This document shows positions 20,088-29,323 of a DNA stretch of 64,000 nucleotides, piece by piece. This DNA is from an uncultured Chloroflexia bacterium (GTDB taxonomy: Bacteria > Chloroflexota > Limnocylindria > Limnocylindrales > CSP1-4): contig OY970218.1 in the NCBI GenBank assembly GCA_963713975.1, forward strand, positions 1,152,001 to 1,216,000, given 5' to 3'. Numbering within the stretch: position 1 is the first letter of the stretch; every line of letters starts with the position of its first letter. Below the pieces are notes generated by a model. That model was not told where the DNA came from. It was given only the letters and a program-made list of their open reading frames with translations, and made no database searches. The position numbers and the translations under genes are program-made.

Positions 20088-20111
20088 ATCTTGCAACATG
20101 CGGCAGTTGCA
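20088..20111. promoter_or_regulatory. Candidate ArsR operator, copy 2 (TGCAAC-N8-GTTGCA palindrome)
   Basis: ATCTTGCAACATGCGGCAGTTGCA upstream of the ArsR gene; first 16 bp identical to 12367-12382. Confidence 0.7.
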
Positions 20112-20141
20112 TAAGCAGCCGATGCGGTCTAGTGTTTGCCC

Positions 20142-20510
20142 ATGCCCGCGAACCAAAGGCCAGACGACCCGGACGGCCTCCGACAGTTCAAGGCCGACTT
20201 CTTCAAGGCTCTCGCCCATCCGGTGCGGATCCTCATCCTCGAGCTGCTTCGGGACGGGCCGCTCAGCGTGGGGCAGCTCCAGGAGGCGATCGGAGCGCCC
20301 CCATCGTCGATCTCCCAGCAGCTTGCCGTGCTACGCGGTCGCGGCATCGTGTCCACCCAACGTCACGGCACGACGGTCATCTACGCCGTCGGCGACCCGG
20401 ACATCTTCGAGCTGCTCGACGTGGCCCGGAGGATCTTCAATGCACACCTTTCGGACACGATCGACCTGCTCCGCCTCGTCGACTCGGAACCGGCCGGTGC
20501 CCGGCGGTGA
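20142..20510 (+). CDS. ArsR/SmtB-family transcriptional regulator
   Basis: FKADFFKALAHPVRILILELL...SISQQLAVLR. Confidence 0.92.
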   Translation: MPANQRPDDPDGLRQFKADFFKALAHPVRILILELLRDGPLSVGQLQEAIGAPPSSISQQLAVLRGRGIVSTQRHGTTVIYAVGDPDIFELLDVARRIFNAHLSDTIDLLRLVDSEPAGARR

Positions 20511-20995
20511 CGGACGGACGAGTCCGGCGCCTCGATCGGCCGGCGGGCGTCATTCGGGGCTGACGCTCGGTCGAACGCCGGCCCTGACGGCGAAGCGAAT
20601 GATGGTCGGCCGCCACGAGCGGAGGCTCCGAGTCTGGGGCTGCACACAAGTCGCCTGACCGCGTCGTGAGACGAGAGCCTGCAGCGCCGCACTGCGACAT
20701 CGCCCCAATCGGCCGACTAGCAGCGAAGGCCCGCGGCCCGCACCCTTGGGGCATGACGGCGCGCTGGTCAGATGCACGTCGACTCCCTGGTTCCCGACTG
20801 GGTACATCCGCGACGGCACCCCCGCGGATGCCCAGTGCGCGGAGTCGAGTTCGTCCTGGCGTTCCTCGCCGGGGTCGCCCGGCGGCTGGGGCCAGTCCGA
20901 CAGCCGCAGCGGGGACGGGTAACGAATTGACGAAGATCGCGTCAACGGACTAAGGTGCGACCCATCCTGGCCAGCATCGCGGACAGGCAGGGCAG

Positions 20996-21442
20996 GTGGT
21001 GATTGACCTCCACGCGGACGAGATCGTCGAGCCCGTTCGGCCGCTTCGGCTCGCCCATCACCTGATCATCGGTTTGGCGGCGGCGTTGATCGCGCCGTTC
21101 ACCGGTTTCGCGTGGCCGCTCGCCCTGCTCACCGGGTTCGTGATCGGCGAGTCGGAAGCCGAGCGTGCTCGCGGGATTCGCAGATCGACCGGCGTCCGCC
21201 TCGTTCGGATCCTGGCGGTGACGGGCGGCGTGCTCGGGGCGATGATCCTCGGGGCGGTGGTCGGAGGGATCATCGCATTCCTGATCATGGCCCTCGCGGC
21301 GTCCTCGGAGCGCATCGCCGCCGGGACCTCTCGAGACGACCACTTCATCAGTCGCCTGCTCGTGATCGTCGTCACCACCGCTGGCTGGCTCATCCTGTTC
21401 ACGGTCCTCGGTATCCATCTCGAAGCGCGCTTCGGCCTCTAG
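20996..21442 (+). CDS. Hypothetical membrane protein
   Basis: About 4 hydrophobic segments; typical codon usage. Confidence 0.7.
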   Translation: MVIDLHADEIVEPVRPLRLAHHLIIGLAAALIAPFTGFAWPLALLTGFVIGESEAERARGIRRSTGVRLVRILAVTGGVLGAMILGAVVGGIIAFLIMALAASSERIAAGTSRDDHFISRLLVIVVTTAGWLILFTVLGIHLEARFGL

Positions 21443-21494
21443 ATCGAACGCCAGCGGTCAAATGATCCACGGCTCAGTCCAGCTTGTCCCCGCG

Positions 21495-21683
21495 CTCGTC
21501 GGCGCGCGACTCACGCCGGAGGCGTACTCGCTGGGCCTCGCGCTCGCGCTGCCCGAGCGCGTTCAGCCGGCGCAGGAGTGGGTACTGGCGCGCCCGACAG
21601 GTGTTGGATGCTCGATTTCAACCTACACCATCCCGATCGAGGGCCGCGAGGAGTGGCTGGCTGCGGCGAGGCGACTGGCGTGA
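21495..21683 (+). pseudogene. Extreme C-terminal remnant of a large serine recombinase, reading through att site A
   Basis: ARLTPEAYSLGLALALPE...LARPTGVG...TYTIPIEGREEWLAAA aligns with the longer remnant at 46111-46643. Confidence 0.6.
21586..21638. repeat. att-like site A (tRNA-Arg 3' end-derived core plus conserved arm)
   Basis: TGGCGCGCCCGACAGGTGTTGGATGCTCGATTTCAACCTACACCATCCCGATC; differs at 2 positions from copies C and D. Confidence 0.85.
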
Positions 21684-21928
21684 AGGACGGATACCTGCGC
21701 GGCTCCTTGCCGGGGACTCGGACGGCCCGCCAGGTTGACGTTCTGGCCGCCTTCGTTGCCCCGGGCGGATCTGTGTCGGAAGCGGCGGAACGTCTCGGCA
21801 TCCGGCCCAGCTCCGCGAAACGGCATCTCGCCGATCTGCGTGCGCGATCGGGTCTCACCACCGAGCAACTGATCTACCGGGGGCGAGCTGAGGGCTGGCT
21901 CGTGGCGCCGAGTCTGGAGCTGAGGTGA
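21680..21928 (+). CDS. Small LuxR-like HTH protein, copy 1
   Basis: TARQVDVLAAFV...GSVSEAAERLGIRPSSAKRHLADLRARSG; GTGA overlap with the recombinase tail; paralog at 46640. Confidence 0.75.
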   Translation: MKDGYLRGSLPGTRTARQVDVLAAFVAPGGSVSEAAERLGIRPSSAKRHLADLRARSGLTTEQLIYRGRAEGWLVAPSLELR

Positions 21929-21993
21929 GGGCGCACAGCCGACAGGTGCGGCGTAGTGCGTCTTAGCATCGGTCATCGAGCGGGAGAATACGT

Positions 21994-22737
21994 CTACGCC
22001 GACCAAGTCCATGGTCGGCCTTTCGAACGGATGTCGGATATCACGGGGTGATCGCGTTTGGCTCCATCGGGTCTGTCTGCTGCCAGTACCTCGTCGTCGA
22101 GAACAGGCCCGATCAGTCCGGCCTGGAGCGCCGTGGCGACGGCTTCCGCGCGATTCCGGGCGCCGAGCTTCGCGTAGCCATGTGCCAGATGCGACTTGAC
22201 GGTGTTCCTCGACACGAAGATCTGGCGGGCGATGTCGTCGGTCTTGAGACCGGCGGCCGCGAGACTCAGGACCTCGAGCTCGCGAGTCGTGAGCGGGTCG
22301 ACCGTGCTGGCATCCGTCTGGCGCGCCCGCTTTCCTGACGCCAGTGCCGCAGCCCGGAGGCGAGCGGCGAGGATCGCGACGAATGTCCCTTCAAGCACAA
22401 ACAAGGCTAATCGCACGAGGTCGGCCGGTTCCGTGAGCCACGGGTGACCGCGAAGCGGCACGAGGAGCGAAGTCCCTATCGCGCACAGGCCGAGAGTGAG
22501 CAACGCGACCCTGAAGCCCAGACCGATCGCGACGACCGAAACCGGGAGCAGCAGCAAGAGGAAGGCGCCGCCGCCGGGCAAGATGTCGGCCGTCTGATCG
22601 ACGCTGATGACCGCCCCGAGCGTCGCCGCGACCGGTAGGCCAAAGCGGAGACGGGGTCTGAACTGGGACGCAACCGCGAGGCTGGCGATCGCTCGTTGGG
22701 CGGCGAGCTCCACCGCGCGGCCATCAATGACGGACAC
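21994..22737 (-). CDS. Membrane-anchored LuxR-family regulator (DUF4118-like TM domain plus HTH); start uncertain
   Basis: 4 TM segments, then PLTTRELEVLSLAAAGLKTDDIARQIFVSRNTVKSHL. Confidence 0.82.
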   Translation of the reverse strand: MSVIDGRAVELAAQRAIASLAVASQFRPRLRFGLPVAATLGAVISVDQTADILPGGGAFLLLLLPVSVVAIGLGFRVALLTLGLCAIGTSLLVPLRGHPWLTEPADLVRLALFVLEGTFVAILAARLRAAALASGKRARQTDASTVDPLTTRELEVLSLAAAGLKTDDIARQIFVSRNTVKSHLAHGYAKLGARNRAEAVATALQAGLIGPVLDDEVLAADRPDGAKRDHPVISDIRSKGRPWTWSA

Positions 22738-23070
22738 CCAGTAAAGGGTAGGTAGGTTCGCGCGGACTGTCCACCGATGACGACCCGGCAGCACTGAAAC
22801 CAGGGGCCCGGCCAACCCGAATCACCCGAACGGGGGATGACGACCGACCGTGCCGGACGCGACGATTTCGGTTTCCCGACGCCGCGTTTCTGTAGGTGGG
22901 CCTTCGTTTCTACGGCTGGCCCCGGCGGTGACCCCACACGACCGAGGTGCCCATGGACCCCACCAACACGCCACCTGCGAACCGAGTCCTGAGGACCGCG
23001 CCCGCTCGCCAAGCCGACACCGACAGGCGCTGCGCTTCATGAACCTGTCTACCCCAACAGGGCCCCGAGC

Positions 23071-23985
23071 ATGAACGTCGTCGAAGTCACCGAGCTGACC
23101 AAGCAGTACGGCAGTCACGTGGCCGTCGATGGCGTGTCCTTCGCTGTCGAGGAGGGCGAGATCTTCGGCATTCTCGGCCCGAACGGCGCCGGCAAGACGA
23201 CGACCGTCGAGACGATCGCCGGTTTGCGCACGCCCGACGGCGGGACGATCCGAGTCCTCGGGCTTGACCCGCAGCAGGATCGTGACCGGCTGCGGCCGCT
23301 GGTCGGCGTCCAGCTCCAGGAGAGCGAGCTGCCCGAACGGATGACGACGGGCGAAGCGGTCCGGCTGTTCGCCTCGTTCTATGCCAATCCGGAGGGTCCG
23401 ACAGCCCTGATCGGCGATCTGGGGCTGACCCAGAAACGCGACACGCAGTATCGCCATCTGTCCGGAGGTCAGAAGCAGCGCCTCTCGATCGCTCTCGCAC
23501 TCGTCGGCAAACCCAAGGTCGCCATCCTTGACGAGCTGACGACAGGCCTCGACCCGCAAGCTCGCCGCGCGACATGGCAGGTCATCGAGTCGATCCGCGA
23601 ACGGGGCGTCACCGTGCTGCTCGTCACCCACTTCATGGAGGAGGCGGAGCGCCTCGCAGACCGCGTCGCCATCGTCGACGGTGGCCGGATCGTCGCGATC
23701 GACACGCCTGCCGGGATCATCTCGCGTCTCGACGCCGAGCAGACGCTTCGCTTCCGCCCGTCGGCGCCGATCGAGGATCAGCTGCTCACTGACCTCCCAG
23801 AGGTGAACGACGTCAACCGGGCGGGCCCCGTCGTCGTCGTCACTGGCATCGGGAATCTCATCCACGCCGTCACCTCGGTTCTGGCCCAACAGGGGGTCGT
23901 GGCCAACGACCTCCGGGTTGAACAGGCCAACCTCGACGATGCGTACCTCGCTCTGACGGCCCGCACCGCAAAGGAGCTGTCATGA
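23071..23985 (+). CDS. ABC transporter ATP-binding protein
   Basis: GPNGAGKTT, LSGGQ, ILDELTTG. Confidence 0.95.
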   Translation: MNVVEVTELTKQYGSHVAVDGVSFAVEEGEIFGILGPNGAGKTTTVETIAGLRTPDGGTIRVLGLDPQQDRDRLRPLVGVQLQESELPERMTTGEAVRLFASFYANPEGPTALIGDLGLTQKRDTQYRHLSGGQKQRLSIALALVGKPKVAILDELTTGLDPQARRATWQVIESIRERGVTVLLVTHFMEEAERLADRVAIVDGGRIVAIDTPAGIISRLDAEQTLRFRPSAPIEDQLLTDLPEVNDVNRAGPVVVVTGIGNLIHAVTSVLAQQGVVANDLRVEQANLDDAYLALTARTAKELS

Positions 23986-24716
23986 ACGGGATGCGTGCCC
24001 TGATCGTGGCCGAGACGAGGCTCCTCCTGCGCGACCCGATTAGCTGGATCCTGTCGATCTTCCTGCCAACGGCGATCCTGCTGGTCTTCGGTTTCATCCT
24101 TGCGCCCCACCGCCCGGACCCGGCGTTCGGGGGCCTGCGGTTCATCGACGTGTTCGCCCCGTCGCTGATCGTGATCGCCATGGCGATCCTCGCCCTCCAG
24201 ATCCTGCCGGTACGCCTGACGAACTACCGTGAGCGAGGCATCCTGCGTCGCTTCTCGACAACGCCGGTCCACCCCAGGCGGCTGTTGTTCGCCCAGCTTG
24301 TCGTCTACTCGGTGACGGCGACCCTCGGCGTGGTCCTGCTGGTCGTCGTCGGCAACCTCGTGTTCGACATCCAGATCCCGGCCAATCCCATCGGCTTCGT
24401 GGTCGCATTCGGCCTCGGGATGGCGGGGCTCCTCGCGATCGGGCTGCTGCTCGCCGCAGTCGCGCCGTCGGCCGGCGTCGCCACGGCCGTCGGGGTCCCG
24501 GCGTTCATGGTCGTGCTGCTGCTGGGCGGCGTCTACGTCCCACGGACGATCCTGCCTGACCTGCTCATCCGGATCGGCGAGTTCACGCCGCCGGGCGTCC
24601 AGGGGCTGCAGGACGCATGGACGGGTGCCACGCCGCAGCTCCTGCCGCTGGCCGTGCTGGCTGCCCTCGCCGTCGCCTTCGGGCTGATTGCCAGCCGCGC
24701 GTTCCGCTGGGAGTGA
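23982..24716 (+). CDS. ABC-2 type permease
   Basis: 6 TM segments, YRERGILRRFSTTP, C-terminal FRWE. Confidence 0.9.
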   Translation: MNGMRALIVAETRLLLRDPISWILSIFLPTAILLVFGFILAPHRPDPAFGGLRFIDVFAPSLIVIAMAILALQILPVRLTNYRERGILRRFSTTPVHPRRLLFAQLVVYSVTATLGVVLLVVVGNLVFDIQIPANPIGFVVAFGLGMAGLLAIGLLLAAVAPSAGVATAVGVPAFMVVLLLGGVYVPRTILPDLLIRIGEFTPPGVQGLQDAWTGATPQLLPLAVLAALAVAFGLIASRAFRWE

Positions 24717-24870
24717 CTGCCCGCATCGGACCGAATGGTCGCGGGCCGAGCGCCACGCTCTGGCGAGACCGAATCGCCGTTGCGTTCCCGGCTCAGGGAC
24801 ACCCTTACACCGTACAGACGCAGGAGTCCGAGATCGCTCGGGCCGACCAGCAAGAAGCAAGGAGAGGCCT

Positions 24871-25884
24871 ATGACCGCCAGGGTGACAGACCAGATCACG
24901 ATGAAGGCAATCGTGCAGGACAGGTACGGCTCGGCCGATGTCCTGCAGCTGCGCGACATCGACAAGCCCGGGTTCGGCGACGACGAGGTCCTCGTCCGCG
25001 TTCGCGCGGCCGGCGTCCATGCCGGCGACTGGCACCTCATGGCTGGGCTGCCGTACCTCGTCCGCATGGGGTTCGGGCTACGCGCGCCCAAGCAAACTGT
25101 CCGGGGCACCGATGTCGCAGGGACGGTCGAGGCGGTCGGCAAGAACGTGACCCGGTTCCAGCCCGGTGATGCCGTCTTCGGCATCGGCGCCGGCGCGTTC
25201 GCCGAATTCACGATCGCTCGAGAGGACAAGCTCGCGCTCATGCCCGCCAACCTCAGCTTCGATGCGGCCGCGACGGTGCCCACCTCCGGGTCGACGGCGC
25301 TGCAGGGTCTTCGCGACGTGGGAAAGCTGCAGGCGGGCCAGAAGGCACTGATCATCGGCGCGGCCGGAGGCGTGGGGTCGTTCGCCGTGCAGATCGCCAA
25401 GGCTCTCGGAGCCCACGTCACCGGCGTCTGCAGCACGACGAAGGTAGACCTGGTCCGATCGATCGGCGCGGATGAGGTCATCGACTACACCCGAGAGGAT
25501 TTCGCTGAGGGCGGGCAGCGCTTCGACCTCATCTTCGATACCGCCGGAGGCCGTTCCCTCTCCCAGCTGCGGCGCGCCCTGGCGCCAAAGGGGACGCTCG
25601 TGATCGTGGGAGCCGAAGGAGGCGACCGGTGGATCGGCGGCATCGATCGCCAGCTCCGGGCCAGTGTGCTGTCGCCGTTCGTCGGCCAGAAGCTGGGCAC
25701 GTTCATGTCGAAGGAGAAGAACGAGGACCTGCACTCCCTGAAGGCCTTGATCGAGTCGGGCAAGGTCACTCCGGTTATCGACCGGACCTACCCGCTGGAC
25801 GAGGTTCCCGACGCGATCCGCTACCTGCACGAGGGACATGCCCGGGGCAAGATCGTGATCGGCGTTGACCGTGCGACCGCCTGA
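24871..25884 (+). CDS. NAD(P)-dependent MDR-family oxidoreductase, paralog 1
   Basis: MKAIVQDRYG, GTDVAGTVEAVG, GAAGGVG, VIDRTYPL, GHARGKIVI; RBS GGAGAGG. Confidence 0.92.
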   Translation: MTARVTDQITMKAIVQDRYGSADVLQLRDIDKPGFGDDEVLVRVRAAGVHAGDWHLMAGLPYLVRMGFGLRAPKQTVRGTDVAGTVEAVGKNVTRFQPGDAVFGIGAGAFAEFTIAREDKLALMPANLSFDAAATVPTSGSTALQGLRDVGKLQAGQKALIIGAAGGVGSFAVQIAKALGAHVTGVCSTTKVDLVRSIGADEVIDYTREDFAEGGQRFDLIFDTAGGRSLSQLRRALAPKGTLVIVGAEGGDRWIGGIDRQLRASVLSPFVGQKLGTFMSKEKNEDLHSLKALIESGKVTPVIDRTYPLDEVPDAIRYLHEGHARGKIVIGVDRATA

Positions 25885-25950
25885 CGAGGTGGATGCCGTG
25901 ACCCTTCGCCCGGTCGGTGCGCCAGCGAAGAACTCAGGGAGGGTTGACCC

Positions 25951-26112
25951 GTGCACAACAAGCGATTGAGCCAGGGGGCGTGCGTCGCCCTCGGTGCCGG
26001 GATCGGCGCCACCATCGGGATCGCCATCGGCAACGTCGGCGCTGGCATCGGCGTGGGTGTCGCCATCGGTGCTGCCCTCGCAACCAGGGTGTCGGGCGGT
26101 GAGGCGAGGTGA
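25951..26112 (+). CDS. 53-aa glycine-zipper membrane peptide (below the ORF-track cutoff)
   Basis: GGAGGG RBS, GTG start, GACVALGAGIGATIGIAIGNVGAGIGVGVAIGAAL; GTGA overlap with the next gene. Confidence 0.7.
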   Translation: MHNKRLSQGACVALGAGIGATIGIAIGNVGAGIGVGVAIGAALATRVSGGEAR

Positions 26113-27082
26113 AGGCGATCCGCCGAGACAGGTACGGCCCGCCCGACATCCTGGAACTCAACGAAGTCGAGAAGCCCGTCCCGAAGGACGACGAGGTCCT
26201 GGTCCGTATCCGGGCGTCATCCCTGAACCAGGCTGACCTCGATTACCTGCTGGGCAAGCCCTTCCTCACGCGCATGGGCACCGGGCTCCGCACGCCGAGG
26301 AACCGCGGCCTGGGCTTGGACGCGGCCGGGCAGGTCGAGGCCGTTGGCCCCGACGTGACGGCGTTTCAGCTGGGCGACGACGTGTTCGGAGACCTGACCG
26401 CGTTCGGCTACGGTGCCTTCGCCGAGTACGCGTGCGCTCCGGAGGACGCCTGGGCGCGGATGCCCGCGGGCCTGACCTTCGAGGAAGCGGCGACCATTCC
26501 CCAGGCGGCCATCCTGGCCCTGCAGGGCCTCAAGCGAGGGAGCGGCTCGGGTCGGGAACGAGGGTGCTGATCAACGGTGCGTCAGGCAACGTGGGCCCGT
26601 TCGCCGTCCAGATCGCGAAGGCCTTCTGCGCCCACGTGACCGGCGCCTGCAGCACCGCCAAGGTGGACATGGTGCGGGGGCTCGGCGCCGACGAGGTCAT
26701 CGACTACACCCGCGAGGACTACACCCGGCGGGGACAACGGTACGACTGGATCGTCGATGTCGCGGGCAACCGTTCGATCCTCGAGTGCCGGCGGGCGCTG
26801 AAGCCTGGGGGCGTCTACGTCATTGTCGGCGGTCCCACGAGCCGCATCCTGGGCGCCCTGCTGCTCGGTCCGCTGATCTCGCTGGCCGGGAGCAGGACGA
26901 TGGGTCTCATGCTGGGGTGGAAGCTCTTCAAGAAGGAAGACGTGGTCCTTCTGAAACAGCTCATCGGGGCTGGGAAGATCCGGCCGATGATCGATCGGAG
27001 GTATCCACTGACGGACGTTGCTGCAGCGCTTCGGTACCTGCATGGCGGACACGCTCGGGGGAAGGTCGTCATCACCGTGTGA
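26109..27082 (+). pseudogene. MDR-family oxidoreductase paralog 2, frameshifted near 26530-26560
   Basis: N-half in ORF 26109-26570 up to LALQGL; C-half (VLINGASGNVG...GHARGKVVITV) in another frame. Confidence 0.85.
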
Positions 27083-27190
27083 GGTCCCGCGCACGGCCCA
27101 GACCGAGGCGTTGTCGCGCAACGGATCGTCCGCAAGGCGTAGCACCACGGGCGAATAGACCGCAGCGCCCGCCCCGTCGACGATTCGGGG

Positions 27191-27634
27191 GTGAAGCTGT
27201 GCACGGTCTGCGGTGTCATCACCAGCCGCGCGGGTAGTCGCTGCACCGAGCACGCTCGCCAATCCAACCGCAGCAGGCACAACGCCATGTACAGCACGCG
27301 GGCCTGGCAACGAATCAGCGCCCGCGTGCTTCGTGCCTGGCGTGGTGAGCACGGCAACTGGTGCCCCGGCTACCAGCGCCCCGCCCACCCCGCGCGTGAC
27401 CTGACCGTCGATCACGTCGTATCACTCTCGGTTGGCGGTGCGCCGTTCGACATCGGCAACACCGCCGTGCTCTGCCGCTCGTGCAACTCGACCAAGGGTG
27501 CGACGACCGAGGGGGGCGGGGTAGCCCATGGGGGGACGCGGCTGCTCCCTGACCGCGCCCGGCGAGTGTGTGCACGCGGCCGAGTTTCGTGCTTAATGGG
27601 GGGTTTTCGCCAGGGGGCGATGCGCGAGCTCTGA
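27191..27634 (+). CDS. Phage-type HNH endonuclease
   Basis: N-terminal CxxC...C..H, YSTRAWQR, TVDHVV...GG...NTAVLCRSCNSTKG. Confidence 0.85.
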   Translation: MKLCTVCGVITSRAGSRCTEHARQSNRSRHNAMYSTRAWQRISARVLRAWRGEHGNWCPGYQRPAHPARDLTVDHVVSLSVGGAPFDIGNTAVLCRSCNSTKGATTEGGGVAHGGTRLLPDRARRVCARGRVSCLMGGFRQGAMREL

Positions 27635-27647
27635 CGCCCTCGACACA

Positions 27648-27842
27648 ATGGCCGCGGCCGCGACGATGACCCTCCGCGCGAGCCTCGCACCGCCGCGCCA
27701 CTGCCCGGCCTGCGGTGCCGGGCTCCCGTATCTCGGCGGGCGGGGCAGGCCGCGCCGGTGGTGCGAGGCCCACCATCCCCGTCCCGCGCGTCTTCGCCCA
27801 CGGACGGCACTGGACGCCGGCGTGTCTGCCGCCACGGCCTGA
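27648..27842 (+). CDS. Small zinc-ribbon protein or remnant
   Basis: CPACG...GRGRPRRWC pattern, common in small mobile-element DNA-binding proteins. Confidence 0.5.
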   Translation: MAAAATMTLRASLAPPRHCPACGAGLPYLGGRGRPRRWCEAHHPRPARLRPRTALDAGVSAATA

Positions 27843-28285
27843 GGCGCCGCACCGAGACCGGCCCCGCGACCTCGCCGATCTTCGCCCGTGCGGGCCTACG
27901 TTGGTCGAAGGGCGGCTCTGAGCCTGCGGGAGCCACCAGTGCCACCGGCCCCGGGCCTGGCGTAGCGCGAGGGCGACCCGTCCGTCGATCGCCCTCGTCC
28001 CGTTGGCGGTGATGGTCGGCGGGCCCCGGTTGGCGGTGTAGGGCCCGCCCGCCGCCGACGGCTCGGCGCCGATGCGCTGGCGGGCAGGCCGTCTGCTGGG
28101 CAAGGCCCGTTCGATGGCCGTCTCCGTGCAGACCCTGTCCCGCGCCCCGAGCAAACACCGCAGACGCCGCTGGGCTGACTCCGTTGGAGGTCGGAGGCAA
28201 CGGGCCTACGGTCGAGCCAGCTCGAGCGACGGTGCACTGAGCCCGTCCCCCGGGAGCACGGATCGACCACCACGAGGAGCGTCCC

Positions 28286-29323
28286 ATGAAAGCGATCGTC
28301 CAGGACCACTACGGCTCGGAGGACGTCCTCCAGCTCCGCGACATCGACCGGCCGGTCATCGGCAACGGCGACGTGCTGGTGCGCGTCCATGCCGCGTCGA
28401 TCCATATCGGCGACCGGCTGATCATGCAGGGGAGCCCCTTCCTGGTCCGCATGGCCACCGGCCTCGGGCGCCCGAAGCAGCCCATTCCGGGCACCGATAT
28501 CGCCGGCACGGTCGAGGCCGTGGGCAACGACGTTACGCGCTTCAAGGTCGGCGACGAGGTCTTCGGCTGGACGTCTGGCGCCTTCGCCGAGTACGCCTCG
28601 GTGCCCGAGGACCACCTGGCGGCCAAGCCGGCACGGCTGAGCTTCGAGGAGGCCGCGGCCGTGGGCGTTTCCGCGACGGTGGCGCTCCAGCTCCTTCGCG
28701 ACGATGGCAAGGTGAAGCCCGGTCAGAAGGTGCTCATCAACGGGGCGTCGGGCGGGGTCGGCACGTACGCCGTCCAGATCGCCAAGGCGTTCGGCGCGGA
28801 GGTCACGGGCGTGACCAGCACTCGCAACGCGGAGATAGTCAGGTCAATCGGCGCCGACCACGTCGTTGACTACACCAGGGAGGACTTCACGAAGGGGACC
28901 GAGCGGTACGACTTCATCCTCGACAACGTCGCCAACCACTCCCTGGCCGAGACGCGTCGCGCCCTCTCCCCGACGGGAACCCTGCTTCCGAATGGTGGCG
29001 GCCACACGGGTGGCGGCGTGGGCCGGCTGATCCGCGCCACGATCGCCTCGATGGTCTTCCGCGGCCAGGGCCGCCCATCCGTGAAGTTCCAGAACGCCGC
29101 GGACTTGGCTGCCCTCGTGGGGCTCGTCGAGACCGGCAAGATCACGCCGGTCATCGACCGCACCTATCCGCTGGCCGAGACCGCCGCGGCGCTGCGCCAG
29201 GTGGGCACTGGGCATGCACGCGGCACCGTCGTGATCAGCATCGCGGGGCCGGCGGCCGGCACCACGACCTCGGCAGGCACCGTGGGCGCGGCCACACCGC
29301 TTGCCGCGGGCGGTGTGGCATGA
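28286..29323 (+). CDS. MDR-family oxidoreductase, paralog 3
   Basis: MKAIVQDHYG, GTDIAG, NGASGGVG, GHARG; RBS GAGGAG. Confidence 0.92.
   Translation: MKAIVQDHYGSEDVLQLRDIDRPVIGNGDVLVRVHAASIHIGDRLIMQGSPFLVRMATGLGRPKQPIPGTDIAGTVEAVGNDVTRFKVGDEVFGWTSGAFAEYASVPEDHLAAKPARLSFEEAAAVGVSATVALQLLRDDGKVKPGQKVLINGASGGVGTYAVQIAKAFGAEVTGVTSTRNAEIVRSIGADHVVDYTREDFTKGTERYDFILDNVANHSLAETRRALSPTGTLLPNGGGHTGGGVGRLIRATIASMVFRGQGRPSVKFQNAADLAALVGLVETGKITPVIDRTYPLAETAAALRQVGTGHARGTVVISIAGPAAGTTTSAGTVGAATPLAAGGVA

Noticed and set aside
20520-20990. Long intergenic region as ncRNA or riboswitch
   Set aside because: No recognisable family motif by eye; GC-rich stems are expected by chance. An Rfam/Infernal scan would be needed.
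24804-24817. CTTACACCGTACAG as a TetR-type operator upstream of MDR paralog 1
   Set aside because: Weak palindrome, single copy, and no TetR gene in the window.
26525-26565. Programmed frameshift in MDR paralog 2
   Set aside because: No slippery heptamer or stimulatory structure is evident; mutation or sequencing error is simpler.
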